DNA from: an uncultured Treponema sp.
Lineage (GTDB): Bacteria > Spirochaetota > Spirochaetia > Treponematales > Treponemataceae
Assembly: GCA_905372235.1 (NCBI GenBank)
Contig: CAJPOF010000002.1
Span: 3,836 to 67,835, forward strand
Direction of reading: 5' to 3'
Length of the DNA stretch: 64,000 bases
Below are positions 28,869-38,011 of this stretch, one piece after another. How positions within the stretch are numbered: the stretch's first letter is position 1; each line of letters starts with the position of its first letter. The position numbers and the translations under genes are program-made. Under the pieces are notes generated by a model. That model saw nothing but the letters and a program-made list of their open reading frames with translations, was not told where the DNA came from and did not search any database.

Positions 28869-29749
28869 TTTGCCTTGTGCCACACGACACGAACCGTTCC
28901 CTGTGTCGGAAAACTTTCTTCATTCTTTTGGACGAGCGTGCTTTTTGTTCCTTCCATTACGTTTTCTTCGGTGAGCCTGAGCCTGTATTCAATCGGAAGG
29001 GCGGAGACGGCGGCTTCGACCGCCATGCTTCTTGGAAGCTCAGGATAGTACGAGGCGTTTGAATGACTTGTCTGCCTTACGGTTACGGTTTTTGAGCCGT
29101 CATTTTCGGAAAAGATTCCTATCGCCACGTTCATGGAAGCCCCGTTTTTTAATATTATGAAGCCGCGTCCGCCTTTGAGTATTATTATCTTGTCTATGGA
29201 TTCCTCTCCGCTCCATGTTCCGGATATGTTTTCGGTTGATACCGAAGGGAGCGCAGATTTTTCGATTTTTTTCGAGGCGATGTCGTGCGGTTTTTCATAA
29301 GATGAAAGGTCAGTGAAGATTCCCTTTATGGACGATTTTGAGTCCATAAGGATTTTGTAATAGGAATCGTATTCTTTTTTGAAACTTGAGATTTTTTCGC
29401 TTGTGTTGTCCTTCAAAAATAGGGTGCAGTTCCATTTGCTTAGAGCGTCGCCTTTGCGTTTTATTTCAACGTAGAAACTCACCGCCTTGGGCGACTTCAT
29501 CGAAAAATCTATGCCGTCGGGGGAAGCGTGCGAGTCCGAGCCTAAGAGCCTCCTGTCGTTCAGCATAAGATCCATTTCCGTAAGCTGAGTGTAGAAAAGA
29601 TCTTCGGTCATCTTGAGTATATTCTTGTCTGCGTCCGGGGAGAACACTCCGTAGTAGTCTACTTCCGTTCCTTGGGAAAAACTGCCCTGAACGCACGCAA
29701 GGATTACCGTGAGGAAAAACGCCTTTTTAAATTCGGAAAACTTTCTCAA
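28865..29749 (-). CDS. exported hypothetical protein (TP0183-like by position next to smpB)
   Basis: Signal peptide, GTWSGE..IDKIIIL.GGRGF segment; starts 3 nt after smpB stop. Confidence 0.6.
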   Translation of the reverse strand: MRKFSEFKKAFFLTVILACVQGSFSQGTEVDYYGVFSPDADKNILKMTEDLFYTQLTEMDLMLNDRRLLGSDSHASPDGIDFSMKSPKAVSFYVEIKRKGDALSKWNCTLFLKDNTSEKISSFKKEYDSYYKILMDSKSSIKGIFTDLSSYEKPHDIASKKIEKSALPSVSTENISGTWSGEESIDKIIILKGGRGFIILKNGASMNVAIGIFSENDGSKTVTVRQTSHSNASYYPELPRSMAVEAAVSALPIEYRLRLTEENVMEGTKSTLVQKNEESFPTQGTVRVVWHKAN

Positions 29750-29752
29750 AAA

Positions 29753-30214
29753 TTACTCCAGTTCTTTTCTGAACGCCCTTTGGATTTGACGGTCAACATC
29801 ACGTTCCTTTATGGCTTCACGTTTGTCGAAAAGTTTTTTTCCCTTGCAAAGACCAAGTGTCGTCTTTACTCTTCCGTTTTTCAGGTAAAAATCGAGAGGA
29901 ACCAGCGTGTAGCCCTTTTCTTCGGTTTTCCTTTCAAGCCTTTTTATCTCCGCCCTGTGCAGAAGAAGTTTCTTTGGTCGATCGGGATTATGGTTGAAGA
30001 CTGAGGAGTACGAATACTCCGATATGTGAAGGTTTTTCACATAGACTTCGCCGTTTATAATTTCGGCAAAAGCGTCGGGAAATGAAATAGATCCGTTTTT
30101 TACGGACTTGACTTCCGTTCCCTCCAAAGCGATTCCACATTCGATTTTCTCTTCGATAAAATAATTGAATCTTGCCTGCCTGTTTTCGGCGATGATTTTT
30201 CTGTCTTCACCCAT
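29753..30214 (-). CDS. smpB: SsrA-binding protein
   Basis: NRQARFNY, GIALEGTEVKS, RPKKLLLH, KGKKLFDKR. Confidence 0.97.
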   Translation of the reverse strand: MGEDRKIIAENRQARFNYFIEEKIECGIALEGTEVKSVKNGSISFPDAFAEIINGEVYVKNLHISEYSYSSVFNHNPDRPKKLLLHRAEIKRLERKTEEKGYTLVPLDFYLKNGRVKTTLGLCKGKKLFDKREAIKERDVDRQIQRAFRKELE

Positions 30215-30381
30215 GCCGACTGATTATATTCCATAGTTCAATCGGTGGCAATATTTTGCGCTTTTTCTTAGGATTTTGAAAACCGTCTGACAGAAAAAAG
30301 ATTTGTTTTGATTTTTCGTTTAATTTTCTTGCGCCCGCAGAAAAGTTGAAAGCAAAGTTCATTTGTGGTACTCTTTTTTGC

Positions 30382-31083
30382 ATGAACAAAGAACTGTACG
30401 ACCTTTCGTTCCAGGTCAGGATGGCGTTTAAAAAAAAGATTCTTTCGATTTTTTCGTTTCTGATATTTACAAGTGTAGCGATAAACCTGATTCTTCATTT
30501 TCTTGTTTTTTCTGTGCGGGAAAAGTCCGTCTCCATGCAGCCTGACATTCCTCCTTCAGCGATGGTTTTCTTTTCTCCGCTTGCAAAGACCTACAGAAGG
30601 GGAAGCGTGGTTCTTGTGCACCAAATGGAAGGTCTTGAGGTTTCCAAAACGATGAAGTTTCTTGACCGGGCGGTTGGATTTTTTACCGCAAGGCAGGTGT
30701 CGATTGTAAACTCTAGGCACTGGATGGGTTCTTCTTTCCAGATAAGAAGAATCCTTGCCCTTCCGGGAGACAGCATTTTTATGAAGGATCACGTTCTTTA
30801 CATAAAACCCAAAGGAAGCGATTTTCCTCTTACTGAATTCGAACTTCTTGAAAGCCCTTACAATGTTTCCATAGCGGCATCTCCTGCGTTTTGGGACAGT
30901 TCCGTCGGCGTCAAAGGCTCTTTCGACGAAATTACGCTTTCGGACGACGAGTATTATGTTCTTGCCGACAACAGGAATTCCAGCGTGGACTCAAGGCTTT
31001 GGGGACCTGTAAAAAAAGAGAACATAAAAGCTGTCGCCTTGCTGGAATATTTCCCGTTTAGGAAATTAAGGCTTTTCCGCTGA
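30382..31083 (+). CDS. lepB: signal peptidase I family protein (catalytic Lys replaced)
   Basis: TM, SVSMQP, IRRILALPGD, ADNRNSSVDSR. Confidence 0.85.
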   Translation: MNKELYDLSFQVRMAFKKKILSIFSFLIFTSVAINLILHFLVFSVREKSVSMQPDIPPSAMVFFSPLAKTYRRGSVVLVHQMEGLEVSKTMKFLDRAVGFFTARQVSIVNSRHWMGSSFQIRRILALPGDSIFMKDHVLYIKPKGSDFPLTEFELLESPYNVSIAASPAFWDSSVGVKGSFDEITLSDDEYYVLADNRNSSVDSRLWGPVKKENIKAVALLEYFPFRKLRLFR

Positions 31084-31093
31084 CGAGCGTTTG

Positions 31094-32257
31094 ATGCAGA
31101 GCCTGTACATACACATTCCTTTCTGCAAGTCAAAGTGTTCATACTGCGATTTTTTCAGCATAAAATCTCTTTCTTCTTCGTTTGTTGATGCGTATGTAAA
31201 CGCCCTTTGCAATGAGATTTCTTTCAGGCTCGCCGATTTTCGAATATCTCGTCTTTCATCGGTTTACATTGGAGGCGGAACTCCGAGCGTCCTTTCCGAT
31301 GAAAACATAAGAAAAATAGCCTGTGTCCTTTATTCAAAAACCGATGGGGCGACCGAGTTTTCTATCGAAGTGAATCCCGACGACATTACTAATGATAAAC
31401 TTTCTCTTTACGCCGATTCCGGAATAAACCGCATTTCCATTGGAATCCAGGCGTTGGAAGACGGAGCGCTTAAATGTGTGGGTAGGCGGAGCGACACAAA
31501 AAAGAACATCGACGCTTTGGCTCTTATTTCAAACGAATGGAAAGGAGATTTTTCCGCCGACATGATAGCGGCTCTTCCGCATCAGAAAAAAGATGATTTT
31601 CTTAAAGGCCTAAAAACATTGGTTTCTTTCAATCCCTCGCACATATCGATGTATTCGCTTACGTTCGAGGAAGGCACAAAACTGTACTCGGATTTGACGG
31701 AAAGACGTTTTTCATACGATTTTGATTTTGCGGACGAAATGTGGATTTCCGGAAGAGATTTCCTTTTGGAAAACGGATTTGAGCAGTACGAAATCTCCAA
31801 TTTTTATCGAAAAAACGGAGGGAAAAAATGCGCCCACAATCTCTGTTACTGGAACATGGAAGATTATGCTGCGGCAGGAAGCGGAGGGACGGGTTCAATC
31901 TATAAAAATCCTTCGTTCAGGTACACGAACACAACCGACATCAAGAACTATATTGATTTTTGGGGAAAAAGTTCCGACTTTTCAGGACACGGACTTTATG
32001 AAACGACTGAAAATCTTTCCGAAGAGACGCTGATTTTTGAATATTTCATGATGGGTTTAAGAAAAGGCGAGGGCGTGTCTCTTTTCGATTTCAGGGAACG
32101 CTTCAAAAAAGATATTCCTAAAAAAGTCAAACTTTCGATGGAAAAATGGATTTTAGACGGAAAGGCGAAAAAGGAAATCTGCGGCGGGGAAGAAAGGTTT
32201 TTCTTGAACAGGGACGGTCTTCTGTTCCTGAACAGGTTCTTGGAGGAAATTCTTTAA
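31094..32257 (+). CDS. hemW: radical SAM heme chaperone HemW
   Basis: YIHIPFC, CKSKCSYC, GGGTPS, YEISNF, HNLCYW. Confidence 0.88.
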   Translation: MQSLYIHIPFCKSKCSYCDFFSIKSLSSSFVDAYVNALCNEISFRLADFRISRLSSVYIGGGTPSVLSDENIRKIACVLYSKTDGATEFSIEVNPDDITNDKLSLYADSGINRISIGIQALEDGALKCVGRRSDTKKNIDALALISNEWKGDFSADMIAALPHQKKDDFLKGLKTLVSFNPSHISMYSLTFEEGTKLYSDLTERRFSYDFDFADEMWISGRDFLLENGFEQYEISNFYRKNGGKKCAHNLCYWNMEDYAAAGSGGTGSIYKNPSFRYTNTTDIKNYIDFWGKSSDFSGHGLYETTENLSEETLIFEYFMMGLRKGEGVSLFDFRERFKKDIPKKVKLSMEKWILDGKAKKEICGGEERFFLNRDGLLFLNRFLEEIL

Positions 32258-32265
32258 GAACTCTT

Positions 32266-33609
32266 TCATTCAATCGGGATTGTGAGGATGAACGCCGTTC
32301 CTTCTCCGACATTGGATTCTACGTCTATCTTCCAGCCGTGTATGTCGATTACGTTTTTTACCACCGAAAGCCCGATTCCCATTCCTTCTTCCTGGCGACT
32401 TGTCGTTCCTCTGTAGAACAGGTCGAATATGTTTTTTAGTTCCTCTTTTTCAATGCCGCATCCAGTATCGATGATTTTAAGCGTCACGGATTTTTCATCG
32501 CTTTTTGCCGTTATTGTTATGGAGTCTCCGTCTTTTGTGTAGCGGAGGGCATTGCTGAAAAGATTGTCAAGAACCCGATGGATTTGCTGAGGATTCATCA
32601 TCGTTCTTGCGTCTTCCGGAACGTCTATGCTGAAAAAGACCTCCCTTTTGAACACGGTGCCTGTCGTCGCGGAATTTTTCGCAAATCCCATAAGGAGAGG
32701 CTGCAGGGCGACGCTTTCCATGTTCCTTTTCCATTCGTCCGTAGAAAGTTTTTCGTAGTCTATGAGGGTATCCACCATGGATTCGAGCTGGTTCGTTTTT
32801 TCTATGATTATGTCCATCGCCTTTTTCTTTTCATCAGTGGTGTCAAGCATACCGTCAGCCATCGCTTCCGAGTAGCCTTTTATTACGGCGATAGGTGTCC
32901 TTAGGTCGTGGCTGATTCCCATCACGAACATCGATTTTCTCTGCTGGGCATCTTTTAGGGATATCCTCATCCGCTCAAGACTTTCGCTCATCGATGTGAT
33001 TTCGTTTTTCTTTTTTTTGTGTATTTCTATTTTTGTCTCAAGTTCGCCGTCCGCTATCTTCTGCGTCTGATTTTCCAAAAGCGAAAGGGAATAGAAAAGA
33101 GAGCGTGAGATTGCAAGTATCATGGAAACTATGAAGACTATGAATATGGAGACAAGACAAAGGAGAATTCTTGAGATTTGCCTGATCCGTATGTGCCTGT
33201 CTTTATCCAGCCGGCTTATGAGGAACACTCTTTGCTCGGAAGTTCCCAGCGGCGGAGTCTCGAACTGGTAGAAATATTCTCCGCTGGTTTTCTTTATGAA
33301 AGTCCATATTTGTTTTTCCGTGACCCTTGTCCATTCGTGGATTTCAGGGAACGTGGAAGCGACAACTATGTTCTGCGCTATGAGGCAGGCCTGCTTTTCC
33401 TTTGGGACTGTGGCTATCGCCTCCCGGATTATTTTCCAGTCCGTATCGGAAAGAAGAAGTCCGTCCATGTCTCGAAGCCGTTTTGAGCCTTTGTCGAAGA
33501 CCCGCTTTGCCGACGAAATGTTGGGGATCGCAATCGCAAATGATACGGACAGTAACGGCAGGATTATTATGGCCGCTATGAAAAGGTTCAACTGCTTTCT
33601 GATTGTCAT
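32266..33609 (-). CDS. HAMP-domain sensor histidine kinase
   Basis: 2 TM, HAMP, ISHDLRTP H-box, NALRY, DTGCGI, GMGIGL, GEGT. Confidence 0.95.
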   Translation of the reverse strand: MTIRKQLNLFIAAIIILPLLSVSFAIAIPNISSAKRVFDKGSKRLRDMDGLLLSDTDWKIIREAIATVPKEKQACLIAQNIVVASTFPEIHEWTRVTEKQIWTFIKKTSGEYFYQFETPPLGTSEQRVFLISRLDKDRHIRIRQISRILLCLVSIFIVFIVSMILAISRSLFYSLSLLENQTQKIADGELETKIEIHKKKKNEITSMSESLERMRISLKDAQQRKSMFVMGISHDLRTPIAVIKGYSEAMADGMLDTTDEKKKAMDIIIEKTNQLESMVDTLIDYEKLSTDEWKRNMESVALQPLLMGFAKNSATTGTVFKREVFFSIDVPEDARTMMNPQQIHRVLDNLFSNALRYTKDGDSITITAKSDEKSVTLKIIDTGCGIEKEELKNIFDLFYRGTTSRQEEGMGIGLSVVKNVIDIHGWKIDVESNVGEGTAFILTIPIE

Positions 33610-33624
33610 AGTTGTTCCCGAACT

Positions 33625-34335
33625 TTAGCTTGAGATTGTTTCTTTGGAAAACCTGTAGCCTTGACCGAATTCTGTCTTTATGAAGATAGGGTTTCCGGAG
33701 TCGATTTCTATTTTTTTCCTGAGCCTTTGTATGTACACGGCGACCGCCGTTATGTCTCCGAAATGAGATTTCCACACGTTTGAATATATCTTTTCCGGCG
33801 GAATCGTCTCTCCTGCGTTCTTTATAAGGTATTCAAGCACCGCATACTCTTTTACAGAAAGCGGGATTTTCTGGCTTCCTCGTTTTAGCACGTTGCTGTT
33901 CATAAGAAGAGTGAAGTCCCCGAACCTTATGGATTCTTCCGCCTGTGCCGCGGTGTCGGAAAGTCTCCTTAAATACGCCTGAACCCTTGCCACAAGAACT
34001 CTGGGCGAGAACGGCTTTGTGACAAACTCGTCCGCCCCGTAGCCAAGCCCCTTTATTATGTCCTCGTCCGCATCCCGAGCGGAAACGATTATTACCGGAA
34101 TCTTCTGTTTGTATTCGTTCCTCATTCTTTCAAGGAATTCAAAGCCGCTCATTCCTGGAAGATTCAGATCAAGAATGAACAGGTCGGGAAGATTTGAAAT
34201 TTTTAGCTCCTCCACGGCCTCTTCTGCGGTAGCGAACGTCTTTGTTATCATGTTTGCTTTCATAAGGTACATCGAGATTAGGTTTGATATTTCGGTGACA
34301 TCTTCAACTATAAAAATCCGGGGCTTGTTGTTCAT
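33625..34335 (-). CDS. OmpR-family response regulator
   Basis: VED, LDLNLPG, SAR, KPF, winged helix VAVYIQRLRKK, GQGYRF; GTG at 34344 is an alternative start. Confidence 0.95.
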   Translation of the reverse strand: MNNKPRIFIVEDVTEISNLISMYLMKANMITKTFATAEEAVEELKISNLPDLFILDLNLPGMSGFEFLERMRNEYKQKIPVIIVSARDADEDIIKGLGYGADEFVTKPFSPRVLVARVQAYLRRLSDTAAQAEESIRFGDFTLLMNSNVLKRGSQKIPLSVKEYAVLEYLIKNAGETIPPEKIYSNVWKSHFGDITAVAVYIQRLRKKIEIDSGNPIFIKTEFGQGYRFSKETISS

Positions 34336-34601
34336 AACCGACACCTTTCCTTGTAATGTGGATTTGCTATGTAAATATAATAGGGCAATTTAAAATGTTT
34401 TTCAATTATTTCTCGCAATAAGTGCGAGCGGTAACAAAAAGTTTACGGAACGCTTTTTTGTTTTCAAAAAATGCATTCGTTTTTATGCATGAAGATTCCA
34501 GATTGTCTTTAAAACTCTGTATTTTCCGTATTTATGATGAATTAAGTGTGATTTTTCTAAAAATACTTGACGATATTTTAATTACAAGCGAAAATCAGAA
34601 G

Positions 34602-34802
34602 ATGATTGAAGTTATGCGGTTGGATGGGACGGTTTATTGGGTGAATCCCCACATGATAGAAAGTATGGAATCTAATCCGGACTTGACCCTGACAATGCTG
34701 TCGGGCAAAAAGGTCGTCCTCAAGAATTCTCCCACAGAGATTATAGAACGAATAGTGGCTTACCGCAAAAAAATCGGCAACAATGCACAAGAGGTCTTGT
34801 AA
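34602..34802 (+). CDS. flbD: flagellar FlbD family protein
   Basis: MIEVMRLDG..YWVNPHMIE, LSGKK; immediately before motA. Confidence 0.88.
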   Translation: MIEVMRLDGTVYWVNPHMIESMESNPDLTLTMLSGKKVVLKNSPTEIIERIVAYRKKIGNNAQEVL

Positions 34803-35585
34803 ATGGATATAGCAACAATAATAGGTATTGTAGGTGGTGCGGCCTGTATCGTCATGTCCGTATTGACTTCAGGCGGTACGCTCGGCGGAATCATAGATAT
34901 TCCGTCTGTCTTCATGACCGTTGGGGGGTCTTACGCCGCCATGATGATTGCGGCTCCCCTAAAAAAGGCTGTAGGTATGTTCAAGGTCATGGCAAAGTCG
35001 TTCAAGATTCCCGACTTCGGAGAAAAGACCATAATCACCAAGATGATGGATCTTTCAAACAAGGCGCGCCGGGAAGGAATCCTTGCTCTTGAGGACGGGC
35101 TTGACGACCTTGACGAGCCTTTCATGCGTAACGGGCTCAGGCTTGTCGTAGACGGCACGGACGGAAACGTCATAAGAGCTATTATGGAAAACGAGATGAA
35201 CCAGATAGAAGGTCGTCACATGGAGTGGATCGGGCTTATGAACACGTGGTCCGGCTTCGCTCCGGGATTCGGTATGATGGGTACCGTTTTGGGACTTATC
35301 GGTATGTTGAACAACCTTGAGGACAAATCTTCCCTTGGACCTAACATGGCTGTCGCCCTTATCACGACACTCTACGGTTCTATGATGGCGAACTGGCTCA
35401 TAGCGCCTTTTTCCACAAAACTTCTTGCGCACAATGCCCTTGAGATCAGGACAAAGGAGATGATTACGGAAGGCGTGCTTGCGATTCAGGCGGGCGAAAA
35501 CCCAAGAATCATGGGGCAGAAACTTCTTACGTATCTTGATCCGGTAACAAGAAAAGCCATCGAGTCGGATGTATTAAAGGATTAG
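34803..35585 (+). CDS. motA: flagellar stator A subunit
   Basis: ARREGILALE, APGFGMMGT, ALITTLYG, GENPR. Confidence 0.96.
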   Translation: MDIATIIGIVGGAACIVMSVLTSGGTLGGIIDIPSVFMTVGGSYAAMMIAAPLKKAVGMFKVMAKSFKIPDFGEKTIITKMMDLSNKARREGILALEDGLDDLDEPFMRNGLRLVVDGTDGNVIRAIMENEMNQIEGRHMEWIGLMNTWSGFAPGFGMMGTVLGLIGMLNNLEDKSSLGPNMAVALITTLYGSMMANWLIAPFSTKLLAHNALEIRTKEMITEGVLAIQAGENPRIMGQKLLTYLDPVTRKAIESDVLKD

Positions 35586-35591
35586 GGATTT

Positions 35592-36320
35592 ATGGGAAAG
35601 AAGGCAAAGGAACCGGAAAAACCGTCAACAGCCTGGCAAGGCACTTATGGCGACATGATTACCCTCATGCTCTGCTTTTTCGTAATGCTTTACAATCCGT
35701 CTGATGTGGATCCTGCGCAGCTTGCGACAATCACGCAAGCCCTGCAGATGAACGAGACTGAGACCACCGACGGCGGAATGTCCCTTTCGACCGGAAAACT
35801 TTCCGACCTTGGGAATACGATTAATTCACTTCCGTCTATTGAAAAAGGACGTTCGCTCGGACTTGCAAAAAAGAAGGCGAACAGTCTTTTCGTTCCCGAT
35901 GTAAAGTCCACCAAAATAACCGTTACTAGCGACGAAAGGGGACTTGTCATAACGCTTGCGTCCGACAGTTTTTTCCCGGAAGGAAGCGCCGACCTAAACA
36001 TCGAGGAGACAAGGGAGACCTTGCTAAGGCTTTCGGAATTCTTCAAGCTGGACGACCTGAAAAAAAGAAATTTCAGAATAGAAGGACATACGGACAGAAC
36101 TCCGGTTGCCGCAAACTCGAAATTCGAAAGCAACTGGGAACTTTCAGCCGCAAGGGCAATGAACGTGCTTCATTATCTTGCGGACTACGGGGTTGACGAG
36201 AACCGTTTTTCTATAGCGGGATACGCCGACACCAAACCTAGGACCACGGACGACACTCCGGAAGCGAGGGCGTACAACAGACGAGTGGATATAATAATTC
36301 TTGATGAAGGACATTTTTAG
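35592..36320 (+). CDS. motB: flagellar stator B subunit
   Basis: WQGTYGD TM Asp, OmpA-like domain EGHTD, NWELSAARA, NRRVDI. Confidence 0.96.
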   Translation: MGKKAKEPEKPSTAWQGTYGDMITLMLCFFVMLYNPSDVDPAQLATITQALQMNETETTDGGMSLSTGKLSDLGNTINSLPSIEKGRSLGLAKKKANSLFVPDVKSTKITVTSDERGLVITLASDSFFPEGSADLNIEETRETLLRLSEFFKLDDLKKRNFRIEGHTDRTPVAANSKFESNWELSAARAMNVLHYLADYGVDENRFSIAGYADTKPRTTDDTPEARAYNRRVDIIILDEGHF

Positions 36321-36402
36321 TAGTATAATCCCAGTGTTTAAATTTTTAAGATTTTAAAACGGTTTGATTAGACCTTTAAAATAGTCTTTCCGGGAGGGGA
36401 AA

Positions 36403-36945
36403 ATGGCAGACGACAACCTTGATGGATTGGAGGACGGCGGTTCTTCAATGCCTTCTAAAAAAGGCGGATTCGGCGGCATCATCGCAAAGATTCTAAAATG
36501 GGTTGCTATAGGACTTGGAGCGATAATCCTTATTGTTGTGATTGTTATCGTTACGATGAAGGTGGCAGGCGGAAACACAACTGCGCAGGCGGGAATCCCG
36601 ATAAGCGACGAGTACGTCGTTCAGCGGGAGATACTCGACTGGTATACTTCGCTTGGAGCAATCCGCACAAAAACGAGCGACGATACGCCTGCTTCTGTTG
36701 TGGTTGACATTGCTCTCGGCTACAAGAAAGACGATAAGGCGACTTCCACCGAAATAACTCAAAGAAGTATTGAACTCAAGGACTTTTTACGCCGATACTT
36801 TACGGAGAAGACTGTTGCTGAATTGAAGCCGCAGAACGAGCAGAAACTCAAGATAGAGTTAAGGAATGCGATAAACGACGAGATATTAAGTTCCTCGAAG
36901 ATAAAGGACATCTCTTTCCTTCAGCTTGACGTTTTGGAACTGTAA
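36403..36945 (+). CDS. fliL: flagellar basal-body protein FliL
   Basis: Single TM, position between motB and fliM, FliL-like C-terminus. Confidence 0.85.
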   Translation: MADDNLDGLEDGGSSMPSKKGGFGGIIAKILKWVAIGLGAIILIVVIVIVTMKVAGGNTTAQAGIPISDEYVVQREILDWYTSLGAIRTKTSDDTPASVVVDIALGYKKDDKATSTEITQRSIELKDFLRRYFTEKTVAELKPQNEQKLKIELRNAINDEILSSSKIKDISFLQLDVLEL

Positions 36946-36976
36946 AGGAAAGTCATTGAAAACAGGTGGAAGTTAG

Positions 36977-38011
36977 ATGAACGAAGTTCTGTCACAGGAT
37001 GAGATTGACCAGCTTTTGACCGCCATAAGTTCAGGCGATTCGGAAGTTGATGAGTTCAAGCCTGTCAACGATACCAGAAAGATAAAGCTCTACGACTTTA
37101 AGCGTCCCGATAAATTTTCAAAGGAACAGCTTAGGACCGTCTCGAATATGCACGAGACGTTTGCCCGTCTTACGACAACTTCTTTGTCCGCTCAGCTTCG
37201 GAGTCTTGTCCACGTGCATGTTGCGTCCGTAGACCAGCCGACATACGAGGAATTCATTCGTTCTATTCCTACCCCAACTACATTGGCTGTCGTGAACATG
37301 GATCCGCTGAAGGGAAATGCTGTCCTCGAGATAGATCCTGCGATAACGTTCTGCATGATAGACAGGCTTTTCGGCGGAAGGGGCGTTTCAACTGCAAACA
37401 AGAACAGGGATCTTACCGACATAGAGCAGTCCGTTATGGAAGGCATAATCGTTCGCATACTCGCGAACATGAGGGAGGCTTGGACACAGGTCATAGACCT
37501 TAGGCCACGTCTTGGGCAGATAGAAACAAACCCTCAGTTTGCCCAGATTGTCCCTCCGTCGGAAATGGTTGTGCTTATAACTCTTGAGATAAAGGTTGGC
37601 GATGAGGAAGGCATGATGAACTTCTGCATACCATACCTTACGATAGAGCCGATAATATCAAAGTTGTCATCCCAGTTTTGGTTCTCTTCGGTAAGAAGAA
37701 GTTCCACAACCCAATATTTGGGAACGTTGAAGGAAAAACTTGCGTCCGTTGACATGGAATTGGTCGCCGAAGTCGGTTCGATAAATCTACCGATAAAGGA
37801 TGTGCTTTCTCTTAGGACGGGAGATATTGTCCGTCTTTCGAACACAAGGGTCGGAGACCCTCTGATTTTGAGCGTCGGAAACAAGAAAAAATTCTACTGT
37901 CAGCCGGGCGTTGTCGGCAAAAAGATGGCTGTCCAGGTTACTGGAAAACTAGAAGATGTTGCTGCGGATGATTTTGAAGAGCTTTCCGTAGAAGGAGAAG
38001 AATCGTTATGA
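36977..38011 (+). CDS. fliM: flagellar switch protein FliM
   Basis: LSQDEIDQLL, YDFKRPDK, LFGG, SpoA C-terminus. Confidence 0.96.
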   Translation: MNEVLSQDEIDQLLTAISSGDSEVDEFKPVNDTRKIKLYDFKRPDKFSKEQLRTVSNMHETFARLTTTSLSAQLRSLVHVHVASVDQPTYEEFIRSIPTPTTLAVVNMDPLKGNAVLEIDPAITFCMIDRLFGGRGVSTANKNRDLTDIEQSVMEGIIVRILANMREAWTQVIDLRPRLGQIETNPQFAQIVPPSEMVVLITLEIKVGDEEGMMNFCIPYLTIEPIISKLSSQFWFSSVRRSSTTQYLGTLKEKLASVDMELVAEVGSINLPIKDVLSLRTGDIVRLSNTRVGDPLILSVGNKKKFYCQPGVVGKKMAVQVTGKLEDVAADDFEELSVEGEESL

